Below, piece after piece: positions 38,772 to 47,865 of a stretch of DNA of 62,529 nucleotides (positions within the stretch are counted from its first letter, which is position 1; each line of letters opens with the position of its first letter). The notes under the pieces were generated by a model. The model ran no database searches, was not told where the DNA came from, and saw only the letters and a program-made list of their open reading frames with translations. The stretch lies in contig JBBISG010000005.1 of the NCBI GenBank assembly GCA_037441365.1, forward strand, positions 1 to 62,529, read 5' to 3'. This DNA comes from Nitrospirota bacterium. GTDB taxonomy: Bacteria > Nitrospirota > Thermodesulfovibrionia > Thermodesulfovibrionales > UBA9159. The position numbers were made by a program, and so were the translations under genes.

Positions 38772-40914
38772 TAGTAGGCTCTGTATCCAGAACTCTCCTC
38801 ACAACGGAAAGTAGATAAATGCCCTCAAAGGGCTTTCTGATGAAGGCGTCTATGTCTTTATTCTTCTTTCCTATGTTGTATATCTCATAACCGGAGATTG
38901 CGATTATCCTGGTAGAGGGCTTGGTCTTCTTGAAAAAACCGATCAGCTCCATGCCATTAACAAGAGGCATCACTATGTCTGTTATAACAAGGTCTATCTC
39001 AGCAGAAATCTCCTTGAATATCTCTTGGGCATACACCGGGTTGTCCGCAGCCAGGACCCTGTAACCCTGAGATTCGAGGACGCTCCTTATAAAGCTCAAT
39101 AAATCAGGCTCATCTTCTACCACCAATATCATTTCTCTTCCTGCCATTGTGTAATTAGCAGGTTTCTCAAATTTGGGAACTGTCCTGTCAGTGGCAGGCA
39201 GATAGATCTCAAAGGTTGTCCCCTTGCCCACTTCTGTTTTCAGGTTAATCGCACCATTGTGTGCCTTAACAATCCCGTAGACGATGGAAAGACCCAATCC
39301 TGTTCCTTTCCCGTGTTCCTTTGTCGTAAAGAAGGGGTCAAATATCCGCATTCTTATCTCATCGGGGATACCGGTTCCCGTATCAGATATCTCAAGGACT
39401 GCATACCTGCCTGGTTTCAGCAACGCATGGATGCTGGATGCCTCTTGTTTTAACTCTACAAGTGATGTCCTGATGGTTATGGTGCCTCCATCTGGCATGG
39501 CATCAGCAGCATTCACAAAGAGATTCATGATCACCTGTTCTATCTGGTTAGCATCGCTGAAAATAACCGGTGGTGGGCCTTCGCTGATCTCTGCCTTTAT
39601 CTCGATGTTCTTCTTAGTCATTATCCGCGCTGTGAGTTCAAGGGTATCCCTTATGACATCATTAAGATTAATTGGTACGGCTTCATGGTCTCCTCTGCGG
39701 ATAAAGCTCAGAATCTTTGAAACCATCTGGCCTGCCTTTCGCGCTGAATTTTCAATCGTCTTTACCTTCTGCTTTGCATCGGCCTCCAGATTGCCGAACT
39801 CGCTCAGCAGCTCAACATTGCCGAGGATTGATGATAGTATGTTGTTAAAGTCATGGGCGATGCCGCTGGCAAGCATCCCTATCGATTCCATCTTCTGCGA
39901 CTGGAATAACTGCTCCTGAAGTCTCTTCTTCTCGGTAATATCCCTGTGGAGTGACTGGATGTATAACTCACCGTCGATCTCTATCGCCTTTGAGCTCACC
40001 TCGAGAGAAATCTTGCTCCTGTCATTTCTGTAGTGCTGGGTCTCGAAGATAAGGGCCTCGCCATTTAAGATTCTGTTCATCCGCTCTTCCTTTTCCTTAT
40101 AGTCACCTGCCTCTAAGAGTCTGATGGGTGTTCCGAGCAATGCATTCTTTTCAAAACCATGGAGTTCACAGAACTTCATGTTAGCATCAACTATCGTTCC
40201 TTCTCTATTAAGAACAGCAACGCCATCATTCGAGTTGTCAAAAAGGGCAGTGTATTTCTGGTTCGAGATGGTGAGATCCTTCGTCCGTTGTGCCACCAAA
40301 TCTTCAAGCTGTGTGGAGTAGATTTTAAGTTTTTCCTTTTCCTGAGAAAGGTCATATTCGAGAGAGAGCTTGTTGATGAAAAGCGTATCGTTGTAATATC
40401 TCCAGGCAATGCCAATAAGAGCTGTAGTTAAAAGAAAAATATTATTGTTTATAAAAACTTGAACATTGCTGATGCTGTCAAAAATTAATATCGGCACCAA
40501 ATAAATAGAGTATATCATAATGGCCATAATTATAGTGTTTTTAACATTAAAAAGAGGGAGGAAGCCGAGGCAAAACATAAAGATAATAATTATACCAGCG
40601 TAATATATAGATTGATGACCGCCAAATGACAATATCATCAACTCGACCATTACTGAAACAACCGTGGCGCCTGAAAAATAGATGCCAATTTGAAAATATT
40701 TACTTTTTTTTAATTTGTTTAATAAATATATAATCATGAATAGAGAAGCTGTTATTAACCTGTATGCGAGGAATTTACGGAAATTTTCTGGAGTTACGAA
40801 ATAATCTAATACGCTCAATGAAATAATGACAAAAGCTCCAGCAATAAGAGCAAATGACGCCCAAGATCTAAGTAACGATAAAACCTCTTGTTCTATATAG
40901 CTCTTTTTATCCAT
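38740..40914 (-). CDS. Hybrid sensor kinase: 5-6 TM sensor, PAS, HisKA, HATPase, REC
   Basis: Hydrophobic N-terminus, QSQKMESIG..AHDFNN, GTGLGL, DLVITD; its 3' end overlaps the fabH 3' end by 32 bp. Confidence 0.92.
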   Translation of the reverse strand: MDKKSYIEQEVLSLLRSWASFALIAGAFVIISLSVLDYFVTPENFRKFLAYRLITASLFMIIYLLNKLKKSKYFQIGIYFSGATVVSVMVELMILSFGGHQSIYYAGIIIIFMFCLGFLPLFNVKNTIIMAIMIYSIYLVPILIFDSISNVQVFINNNIFLLTTALIGIAWRYYNDTLFINKLSLEYDLSQEKEKLKIYSTQLEDLVAQRTKDLTISNQKYTALFDNSNDGVAVLNREGTIVDANMKFCELHGFEKNALLGTPIRLLEAGDYKEKEERMNRILNGEALIFETQHYRNDRSKISLEVSSKAIEIDGELYIQSLHRDITEKKRLQEQLFQSQKMESIGMLASGIAHDFNNILSSILGNVELLSEFGNLEADAKQKVKTIENSARKAGQMVSKILSFIRRGDHEAVPINLNDVIRDTLELTARIMTKKNIEIKAEISEGPPPVIFSDANQIEQVIMNLFVNAADAMPDGGTITIRTSLVELKQEASSIHALLKPGRYAVLEISDTGTGIPDEIRMRIFDPFFTTKEHGKGTGLGLSIVYGIVKAHNGAINLKTEVGKGTTFEIYLPATDRTVPKFEKPANYTMAGREMILVVEDEPDLLSFIRSVLESQGYRVLAADNPVYAQEIFKEISAEIDLVITDIVMPLVNGMELIGFFKKTKPSTRIIAISGYEIYNIGKKNKDIDAFIRKPFEGIYLLSVVRRVLDTEPTTTTLSVQRPM

Positions 40915-40928
40915 GTTTAAACATTATA

Positions 40929-41783
40929 TCACTTTTTACATAAAAAGCGACTGTATCTAAGATAGTCATAATGCGTTCCGATCATAACTTTAAAGTAACG
41001 AATTGTCTTATAAAAGTATTCCTCCGAAGCTCCTTTCAGATACACCTTAGACATCTGAAGTTCGCGTAATCGTGCATGAAGGCCCCGATCTACTATATCA
41101 GTTGTATCTTCACAATGAAGCACAGTAAACCCTGCCTCTTCTAATAATTGTTTAGTTTCCGCAATATTGTTTTGAAACCATACACCTTCTGCGTAGGTGC
41201 CTGGGAAGTCACCACCGGCATCGTTAAGATCTCCCTTATCACCTCTTGCCCAGTCATGAAAGCCCATAATTCCGCCTTTTTTAAGTACTTTGTATAATTC
41301 TGCTAAAGCAAGTTTTTTATCCATCCAATGACAGATTGTTTCATTGTGGAAGATCTTATCAAATGTTTCTTCGGTAAAGTCCAGATTGTGAACGTCTTTA
41401 ATCTTTCTTTCTATTAAGTGATCTACGCCTTCAAGGTGGTCGCAGTTAATTGCTTTTTTTATCTGGTCTGGATTAATATCGAAACCTATAATCTTACAAC
41501 CACATAACTTAGCAATAAGTCTTGTCGGAGCGCCGTTTCCACAGCCAGCGTCTAATACTAAATCACCCTTAACAATACTCATCATTTTTATTAATTTAAT
41601 AACTTCTGCCTGAGTATGATGGGAAAGGCTTTCCGTATCGAAGACCCTTCTATCTATACTCTTTGGGTCTACGCCAAAAGCGTTATACATTCTTTGTAGT
41701 TCCTCTGCGTTATAAACTGGAAAACCTTTATTTTCGGAGAAACTTTTTATTATATTTTCTGTCACTCTTTGTTTATCAAGCAT
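40929..41783 (-). CDS. Class I SAM-dependent methyltransferase
   Basis: VLDAGCGNG, GFDIN, KVLKKGG; AT-rich. Confidence 0.85.
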   Translation of the reverse strand: MLDKQRVTENIIKSFSENKGFPVYNAEELQRMYNAFGVDPKSIDRRVFDTESLSHHTQAEVIKLIKMMSIVKGDLVLDAGCGNGAPTRLIAKLCGCKIIGFDINPDQIKKAINCDHLEGVDHLIERKIKDVHNLDFTEETFDKIFHNETICHWMDKKLALAELYKVLKKGGIMGFHDWARGDKGDLNDAGGDFPGTYAEGVWFQNNIAETKQLLEEAGFTVLHCEDTTDIVDRGLHARLRELQMSKVYLKGASEEYFYKTIRYFKVMIGTHYDYLRYSRFLCKK

Positions 41784-42012
41784 TTTTATTTAACCCCGGC
41801 TTATAATGCTGCTCGCATATAAGCACTTTCATCCCTGCCTTTGCGAGATAACACCCGCAGACAAGGCCTTTCAGATATTTCTCTAATGCCTGCTGTAGAT
41901 GAAAAGCAGCGCCTTCTGCATCATCATTTGCAAGAAGTATCTCCGATCGCCTCATGTCAAGGCCAGCTTTATGAAACCAGTCTCTTGGCAGAGGAGATTC
42001 TCTTTTTTTCAT
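41776..42012 (-). pseudogene. Truncated HEPN toxin fused to a fragment of a phytoene-dehydrogenase-like FAD oxidoreductase
   Basis: DWFHKA...AAFHLQQALEKYLKG (HEPN N-half) joined to GLVCGCYLAKAGMKVLICEQHYKPG (Rossmann fragment). Confidence 0.7.
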
Positions 42013-42338
42013 AAAGGACTTTTCCTTTGTTTGTAATCTCAACAAAAAAATCATCCCCTATCTGCAAACGACTTGTCAGCTCCTCAGGGGTTACAACTAA
42101 AGATGAAAAGGGTATTTTTTTTCCTTATATCTGACACTATTCTCCGCACTGCTACACGTCTATCTATAGGCCTGTCCTTCGTCTCCTTTATTATCAAAAG
42201 GTCAATGTCAGTTTCTTTGTTAGGCATGCCATAAGCATAAGAGCCATAGAGAATAATCTTATCAGGCAAGTACATTTTTTTAAGTCTCTCAACCATGCGT
42301 GAGATTACCTTAGCTATATACTCATCTCTCTTCTTCAT
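42000..42338 (-). pseudogene. Minimal nucleotidyltransferase (MNT antitoxin), frameshifted
   Basis: YGSYAYG...DIDLL. An A8 run (42115-42122) shifts the frame; removing one A restores VTPEEL...GKVLYE. Confidence 0.75.
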
Positions 42339-42421
42339 AGCGGCACGACAGCCTCCTTTTTTAAAAACAGTATATCACAATATCACAGAGTAGTAGTATT
42401 TTCCCGTCTTCTTCCAAAACA

Positions 42422-42715
42422 CTATGCTGTAGCATCAAATAGGAACCCAGCTCCTTTTAAATGGATAGCGAGCATATTCCTCGCAGCTTGCTGCGGGGTC
42501 AAGCTATCATCAATCCTTTTGTTGGTGTCGTCAATTCTCTTATTAGTCTCATCGATGCGTCTGCTATGGTCGATCAGACGGGCATTAATATCATCAAGCC
42601 TTTTGTTAGTTAGATGGAGCATCGCCTTAATCTCTACATTCTCCGCCCTTATCTAATCAAATTCAGGGACAACGATCTCCTGGATTATCTTTTTAATGGT
42701 TTCAGCAATTTCCAT
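42422..42715 (-). pseudogene. Coiled-coil repeat protein with in-frame stop and truncated end
   Basis: MEIAETIKKIIQEIVVPEFD*IRAEN...RIDETNKRIDDTNKRIDD; TAG at 42653-42655. Confidence 0.65.
42479..42498. repeat. IS200/IS605-end-like GC palindrome
   Basis: CCTCGCAGC-TT-GCTGCGGGG at the truncation point of the pseudogene. Confidence 0.45.
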
Positions 42716-42770
42716 ACAATTTCCATATAGCCATTTTCTGATGTCAGAATAACAAACAACTAAGGCTATG

Positions 42771-43985
42771 TCAAGGTGAGCCAGTGAACTTTTTCACCAC
42801 CAGGCAAGCATTGTTGCCTCCAAAGGCATACGAATTATTCAGGGCAATATTAACAATGTGTTGCCTTGCCTTGTTCGGGACGCAGTCAATATCGCATTCA
42901 GGGTCAGGGGTTTCAAAATTTATAGTCGGCGGGATAATATCATTTTTTACTGTCAGGGCACAGGCAATCGCCTCGAGGGCTGAGGCTGCGCCCATTGTAT
43001 GGCCGAGCATAGATTTTATTGAACTCACAGGTATTTTCCTATAAAGAGGGCCAAAGACCTCTTTGATTGCCGAACATTCGTTTTTATCGTTTGTCGGCGT
43101 TCCTGTTCCATGGGCAGAGATATAGTCAACATCCTCGGGTCCTATCCCTGCCTCTGTCATTGCCTTTCTCATACAGCTTACAATCCCTTCTACAGAGGAG
43201 CTTGTCATATGATGGGCATCGCAACTCAGACCATAGCCGAGGACCTCTGCATATATTGGAGCATTACGTCTGAGGGCACTCTCAAGAGTTTCGAGAATGA
43301 CTATTCCTGCTCCTTCAGCCACCATCATGCCTTTTCTGTTCTTATCAAATGGTTGGCACTTCTCTGGAGCAACGGCCTTGAATTGATTAAAGCCTGTAAA
43401 AGAGATCCTCGAAAATGGGTCAGAGGCGCCAGCAAGAACTCTCTCTGCAAGTCCGGCTGTTATCAGGTCAAATCCATATCCGATAGCATAATTGCCTGCT
43501 GCACAGGCTGTAGAAAAACTATAAGTTGGTCCCTTAATATTAAATTCATTTGAAATCGCTGCAGATGTGGAATGGACAGGGAGTTGACAGATCAAGTTTG
43601 TGCTGACATCTTCATTCCTGACGAGTTTATCATCGATATATTCAATTACCTGAATTGAGCCTGATGTAAGACCTATGCAGGTCCCTGTTTTTAAATCAGA
43701 AAGCTCTTTTAATGTTAATCCAGCATCCTCAACTGCAAGCCTTGCTGCTGCGAGGGCAAGCTGTGATGCCCTGCTCAGATAAGGAATGTAATTCTCTGTT
43801 ATAAATTCCTCTGGTCTGAAATCCTTTATCTCTCCTCCGTTATGTGTGAAGTGTTTTGATGTGTCAAAGGATGTGACAGGGCTTATGCCTGATCTGCCCC
43901 TAATCAGACTATCCCAGAATTCCCTCCATCCGATCCCGATGGATGAGACCACGCCAAGACCAGTTATGACGACCCTATTTTTCAT
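42771..43985 (-). CDS. fabF: Beta-ketoacyl-ACP synthase II-like (active KS)
   Basis: STACAAG (Cys), SAHGTGT, KSMLGH catalytic triad intact. Confidence 0.9.
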   Translation of the reverse strand: MKNRVVITGLGVVSSIGIGWREFWDSLIRGRSGISPVTSFDTSKHFTHNGGEIKDFRPEEFITENYIPYLSRASQLALAAARLAVEDAGLTLKELSDLKTGTCIGLTSGSIQVIEYIDDKLVRNEDVSTNLICQLPVHSTSAAISNEFNIKGPTYSFSTACAAGNYAIGYGFDLITAGLAERVLAGASDPFSRISFTGFNQFKAVAPEKCQPFDKNRKGMMVAEGAGIVILETLESALRRNAPIYAEVLGYGLSCDAHHMTSSSVEGIVSCMRKAMTEAGIGPEDVDYISAHGTGTPTNDKNECSAIKEVFGPLYRKIPVSSIKSMLGHTMGAASALEAIACALTVKNDIIPPTINFETPDPECDIDCVPNKARQHIVNIALNNSYAFGGNNACLVVKKFTGSP

Positions 43986-44436
43986 CCTTCATGCTGAATA
44001 CGAGTTCTGCCTCTGAGACTTTTCTTTCATCTACCGTGGCCTCAGCCGAGACAAAGGCACCGTTGGGCAGGCTCTTCACGTTAACAACCTTTATCCTTAA
44101 CTGATCACCTGGGAACACTGGATTTAAGAATCGTGCCTTTACAGAACCGAAATAATAGAGGGGTTTATTTTCAGTTTCTTCTTTCCCATATGCGAATAAT
44201 ACTATAGCGGTCTGAGCCATCGCCTCTATTATGGCTGCTCCAGGATAAACAGCCTTTTCTGGGAAATGGCCGAGGAAAATTATGTCATTGCCTGTGATGT
44301 TTTTTATGGCGATTGCATGACTGCCAGGCTCTATCTCAATGACCCTGTCAATCATGATGAAGGGAAATCGCTGTGGGATAAGCCTCTTGATTCCCTCAAA
44401 GTCTATAGTTATTTTATCCTCACTCATATCGTCCAA
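43975..44436 (-). CDS. fabZ: 3-hydroxyacyl-ACP dehydratase
   Basis: IPQRFPFIMID, GHFP...PGAAIIEAMAQ. Confidence 0.9.
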   Translation of the reverse strand: MDDMSEDKITIDFEGIKRLIPQRFPFIMIDRVIEIEPGSHAIAIKNITGNDIIFLGHFPEKAVYPGAAIIEAMAQTAIVLFAYGKEETENKPLYYFGSVKARFLNPVFPGDQLRIKVVNVKSLPNGAFVSAEATVDERKVSEAELVFSMKDEK

Positions 44437-45646
44437 TTATAATCGCTGCATTCTGACCATAAGGGTCTGCAGAAGTTATCAGTATATTTTTTATATCCTT
44501 CTTTCTTGGCACACCACTGACATAGTCAAGGTCACATTCTGGATCTCTTTCCTTGTAGTTAAGTGTGGGTGGTATAATGCATCTCTGAAGAACTCCAAGG
44601 GCAGCGGATAAGGAAAGGGCACCTGATGCTGAATAGGTCTCGCCTATCACGGACTTAATCGATGTCACAGGTATCCTGTATGCAAACTCTCCGAGGGCCT
44701 CCTTCAATGCCTTTGACTCTAACCTGTCAAGACCCCTTGTTGAATTGGCGCATGATATGACGCAATCTATCTCCTGAGGCATGATTAAGGCATCATTAAG
44801 GGCAATTTCGATCGCCTTTTTAAGACCCCTCCCATCATGATTGAATCCAATCTCGGCCTCAGGGTCAAAGGAATTCCCACAGCCCTTTAATACAGCAAGA
44901 ATATCAGCACCCCTTTCAATGGCATGGCCTTCTTCTTCAAGGATGATTACCCCGGCACTTTCTGAAAGAATTAGACCATTTCTCCTTGCATCAAAGGGAC
45001 AGCAGATGGGCTCTGAACCATCAATTCCTGATAGACAGCCAAGTTTATAAAAACCCATGAAGGTCTCCTCGCACAGCTCCTCAACACCTCCTGCAAGAAC
45101 GACCTTCGCCCGTTTCATTCTTATAAAATCTCCAGCATAGGATATTACATCGAGACTGGCACAGAACCCTGTAGAGATAGTCGTATTGAAGCCCTTGATA
45201 TAGAACCTTATTGATATCTGGCTTGCTGGAGAATTAATAACGGTATTCGGAAAGTGTGAGGGGTTTACAAATTTTGGTCCCTCAATAAGGCCGGTCCTAT
45301 CGAACTGTGAGATACTGTGAAGGCTGCCGAAGGTCGAGCCGATCGAGACGCCTGTTGAGTGAGTAGTATCTTCGTCAATAACAAGCCTGCTGTCATCAAT
45401 AGCCAGTCGGGCGGCAGAGCATACGAGTCTCGTGCTTCGATCGAGGTCTCTGAGGCCCTTCTTGCCGAGGAATTCAACAGGGTCGAAATCAACCTCTCCC
45501 CCGATATGAACCCTGAAAGGAGAGGTATCAAAGAGCGTTATCTCCCTGAAGCCGCTTTTGCCCATTGTCAGGGCCTCCCAGAAATTCTCCCTTCCTACCC
45601 CGATGGGCGAAAGGACGCCCATGCCTGTTATAACTATCCTCATCAT
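44420..45646 (-). CDS. Catalytically degenerate ketosynthase (chain-length-factor-like)
   Basis: KS fold with STGFCAS in place of STACAAG, SCANST in place of AHGTGT, and VIGE in place of LGH. Confidence 0.8.
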   Translation of the reverse strand: MMRIVITGMGVLSPIGVGRENFWEALTMGKSGFREITLFDTSPFRVHIGGEVDFDPVEFLGKKGLRDLDRSTRLVCSAARLAIDDSRLVIDEDTTHSTGVSIGSTFGSLHSISQFDRTGLIEGPKFVNPSHFPNTVINSPASQISIRFYIKGFNTTISTGFCASLDVISYAGDFIRMKRAKVVLAGGVEELCEETFMGFYKLGCLSGIDGSEPICCPFDARRNGLILSESAGVIILEEEGHAIERGADILAVLKGCGNSFDPEAEIGFNHDGRGLKKAIEIALNDALIMPQEIDCVISCANSTRGLDRLESKALKEALGEFAYRIPVTSIKSVIGETYSASGALSLSAALGVLQRCIIPPTLNYKERDPECDLDYVSGVPRKKDIKNILITSADPYGQNAAIIIGRYE

Positions 45647-46404
45647 TAACCTAAGAGACTCAATCCTCCATCAATCTCGATAGTCTGCCCTGTTAGATAC
45701 ATGGAATCCTCGCTGCAGAGGAACAATACAACCCTTGCTACCTCTTCGGGGCTTCCGAACCTTCCCACCGGGATTGTTTGAAGAAGTCTCTGCCTGTAAT
45801 CCTGATTCAGTTTCCCTGTCATGTCAGTATCAATGAAGCCAGGGGCGATGGCATTTACCCTTATGTTATATGGTGCAACCTCCTTTGCGAGGGCCTTTGT
45901 GAAACCTATTATGCCTGCCTTTGCAGCAGCGTAATTTGTCTGGCCAGGAAGTGGATGAAGCCCGCTTGAAGAGGAGATATTAACAATAATTCCGCTCTTC
46001 TGCTTCAGGAAGGTAATGATGCAAGATCGTGTCATATTAAATACACCTGTCAGATCTGTATCTATAACATCGGCCCATTCTCCCTTAGACATCATGAAGA
46101 GAGATTTGTCTTTCGTTATTCCTGCGTTGTTTATGACTATATCGAGCCTACCGAAGGCTCTCTTGACAGAATCGACAAAATCTCTTATACCTTCATAGTC
46201 ACGGACATCTACCTGTGCAGACATAACCTGCCTTCCCATAGCCTCTACTTCCATAGTAAGGGATTCAGCAAGGTCCTTCCTTGATGCATAGGTAAAGGCA
46301 CAGTCAGCCCCCTCCCTGCAAAGGGCAAGAGCAATTGCCCTTCCGATGCCCCTTGTCGCTCCTGTTACGATAGCTACCTTATCGAAAAGCAACCCCTTTT
46401 CCAT
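45646..46404 (-). CDS. fabG: 3-oxoacyl-ACP reductase
   Basis: TGATRGIG, NNAGITKD, YAAAK. Confidence 0.9.
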   Translation of the reverse strand: MEKGLLFDKVAIVTGATRGIGRAIALALCREGADCAFTYASRKDLAESLTMEVEAMGRQVMSAQVDVRDYEGIRDFVDSVKRAFGRLDIVINNAGITKDKSLFMMSKGEWADVIDTDLTGVFNMTRSCIITFLKQKSGIIVNISSSSGLHPLPGQTNYAAAKAGIIGFTKALAKEVAPYNIRVNAIAPGFIDTDMTGKLNQDYRQRLLQTIPVGRFGSPEEVARVVLFLCSEDSMYLTGQTIEIDGGLSLLG

Positions 46405-46426
46405 GATTGGTTAAGTATCTTATTTC

Positions 46427-46561
46427 TGTCATTCCCAATTTGATGGGAATCCAGTGCTTTATCCTATTTCCGGGTTCCTGCTTTCGCTCGAATGACAACT
46501 AACAGGATCCATTGTCGGGCAGATGCCTGCCCTACCAGTAGGACAGCCGAAACGGCTGTCC
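46427..46561. repeat. Cluster of REP-like palindromes
   Basis: TGTCATTCCC..GGGAATCCAG...GAATGACA element (46427-46497); GTCGGGCAG..CTGCCCTAC (46514-46535); GTAGGACAGCCG-AAA-CGGCTGTCC (46538-46561). Confidence 0.7.
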
Positions 46562-46578
46562 GAACTATCGCTACATGT

Positions 46579-47625
46579 TTACTTTGTTGCCGTATAGAAG
46601 ATTATCATTTCTGACCTGACACGGGTTACCGACAATGCACTATCAGGGATTCCAGCCTGTTTGAGCAATCTGTCGAAGTCATCCTTTGTTCGCTGCAGGA
46701 ATCCGTCCCAGTCAGCTATCCATTGGTATGGTTGAGGCTTGTAGTAATTTACATCCTTAAAGGCTGCTATGAGTTTTCCTCCGGGATTGAGCAGGGCATA
46801 CAGGGCATTCAGCAGCTTCACGAGGAAGTTATCAGGCAGGTAATCGAAGTAGCCCACGCTATAGATTACATCCTGCATGCCGAATTCCTCCATGTTCAGC
46901 TCGTGGTCGAACATCCTGAGGGCATTGTATTTAAGGAATTGAATATGGTCAGATGGAATATCGGTATATCCTAAACGGTTGAGGGCGAAATTCAGGGCAT
47001 CAGAGTCAAGGTCGATGCATGTAAACCTTGCGCCAGACTCTTCAATATCAGGGGCCAGTTCAAAAACCTCACGGCATGAACCACACGCTATATCGAGGAC
47101 CCTCGGGTTCTTCCTGTCAGCCAGCTCTTCTTCAAGCAGGTCCCTGAGTTTTGCTATCCTCTCCCTGACGCCGATTGCGAGTGGTGTGGAAAGCATATAT
47201 CTGTCCAGATAGTATCCTATGCCCTCTGATATAGGTGTGTTCCTGTATATGATCTCCAGGGTCTTATAATCCCCCTGATAACCCTGTGGCCATGTCCTTG
47301 CCCGGTTTATGCAATAGCTTTTAGACAGGATGGAATCTGTCTTTTCGCGGAATCTGACCCGGGCATCCTTTACGACCTGTTTATCAAGAACCCCTTGCTC
47401 GAATTCTTCAAAGACATCGGTCATCTCTGTAAAGGCTGCTACTATTGCATCTAAGAGTTCACCGGGATTCTCTGCAGGATCGGAACATCTCTTCTCGATC
47501 TCCTTTATTTGTTTGTTGAATCGTTCTGTTGCACTATCGAGTATTGTGATATATCTTTCTCTCTCCTCACCGACAAACAGAACATTTCCTTTGATCTCCT
47601 CATTCGGGTAGGTTAAGTTTTGCAT
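46579..47625 (-). CDS. PhcB-like SAM-dependent methyltransferase (3-hydroxy fatty acid methyl ester synthase family)
   Basis: RARTWPQGYQGDYKTLEIIY resembles the PhcB-family P.GY.GD motif; VLDIACGSCRE, IYSVGYFDYL, LNPGG; AAGGAGG RBS. Confidence 0.75.
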   Translation of the reverse strand: MQNLTYPNEEIKGNVLFVGEERERYITILDSATERFNKQIKEIEKRCSDPAENPGELLDAIVAAFTEMTDVFEEFEQGVLDKQVVKDARVRFREKTDSILSKSYCINRARTWPQGYQGDYKTLEIIYRNTPISEGIGYYLDRYMLSTPLAIGVRERIAKLRDLLEEELADRKNPRVLDIACGSCREVFELAPDIEESGARFTCIDLDSDALNFALNRLGYTDIPSDHIQFLKYNALRMFDHELNMEEFGMQDVIYSVGYFDYLPDNFLVKLLNALYALLNPGGKLIAAFKDVNYYKPQPYQWIADWDGFLQRTKDDFDRLLKQAGIPDSALSVTRVRSEMIIFYTATK

Positions 47626-47826
47626 GGGTCCTCCTTTAAGGCTTGTCTTGTTTTAGCTTTAATGAATGGTATGCCTGCCTGGCTTATCAGGCCGGACAAC
47701 ATAGTTTTTGAAAAGCTAATCCCTAATGGATCCTCCCTGTAGATCCCAAACACCGAGCCCTGCAGATATCTTGCAGAACCTACTGCCCCCTCACCTCCTT
47801 TCGTTGTATTTATTGTATCTTACCAA

Positions 47827-47855
47827 ATTAAAGCACGATATGTTGTGCCTGTCAA
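47827..47855 (-). promoter_or_regulatory. Sigma70-type promoter for the phcB-like operon
   Basis: TTGACA-17 bp-TTTAAT on the minus strand; the spacer contains a GCAC-N8-GTGC dyad. Confidence 0.6.
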
Positions 47856-47865
47856 TGGTTTTTCT

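Noticed and set aside
42653-42655. Pyrrolysine read-through at the in-frame TAG
   Set aside because: It lies in a truncated coiled-coil ORF among other pseudogenes, and no pyl genes are seen.
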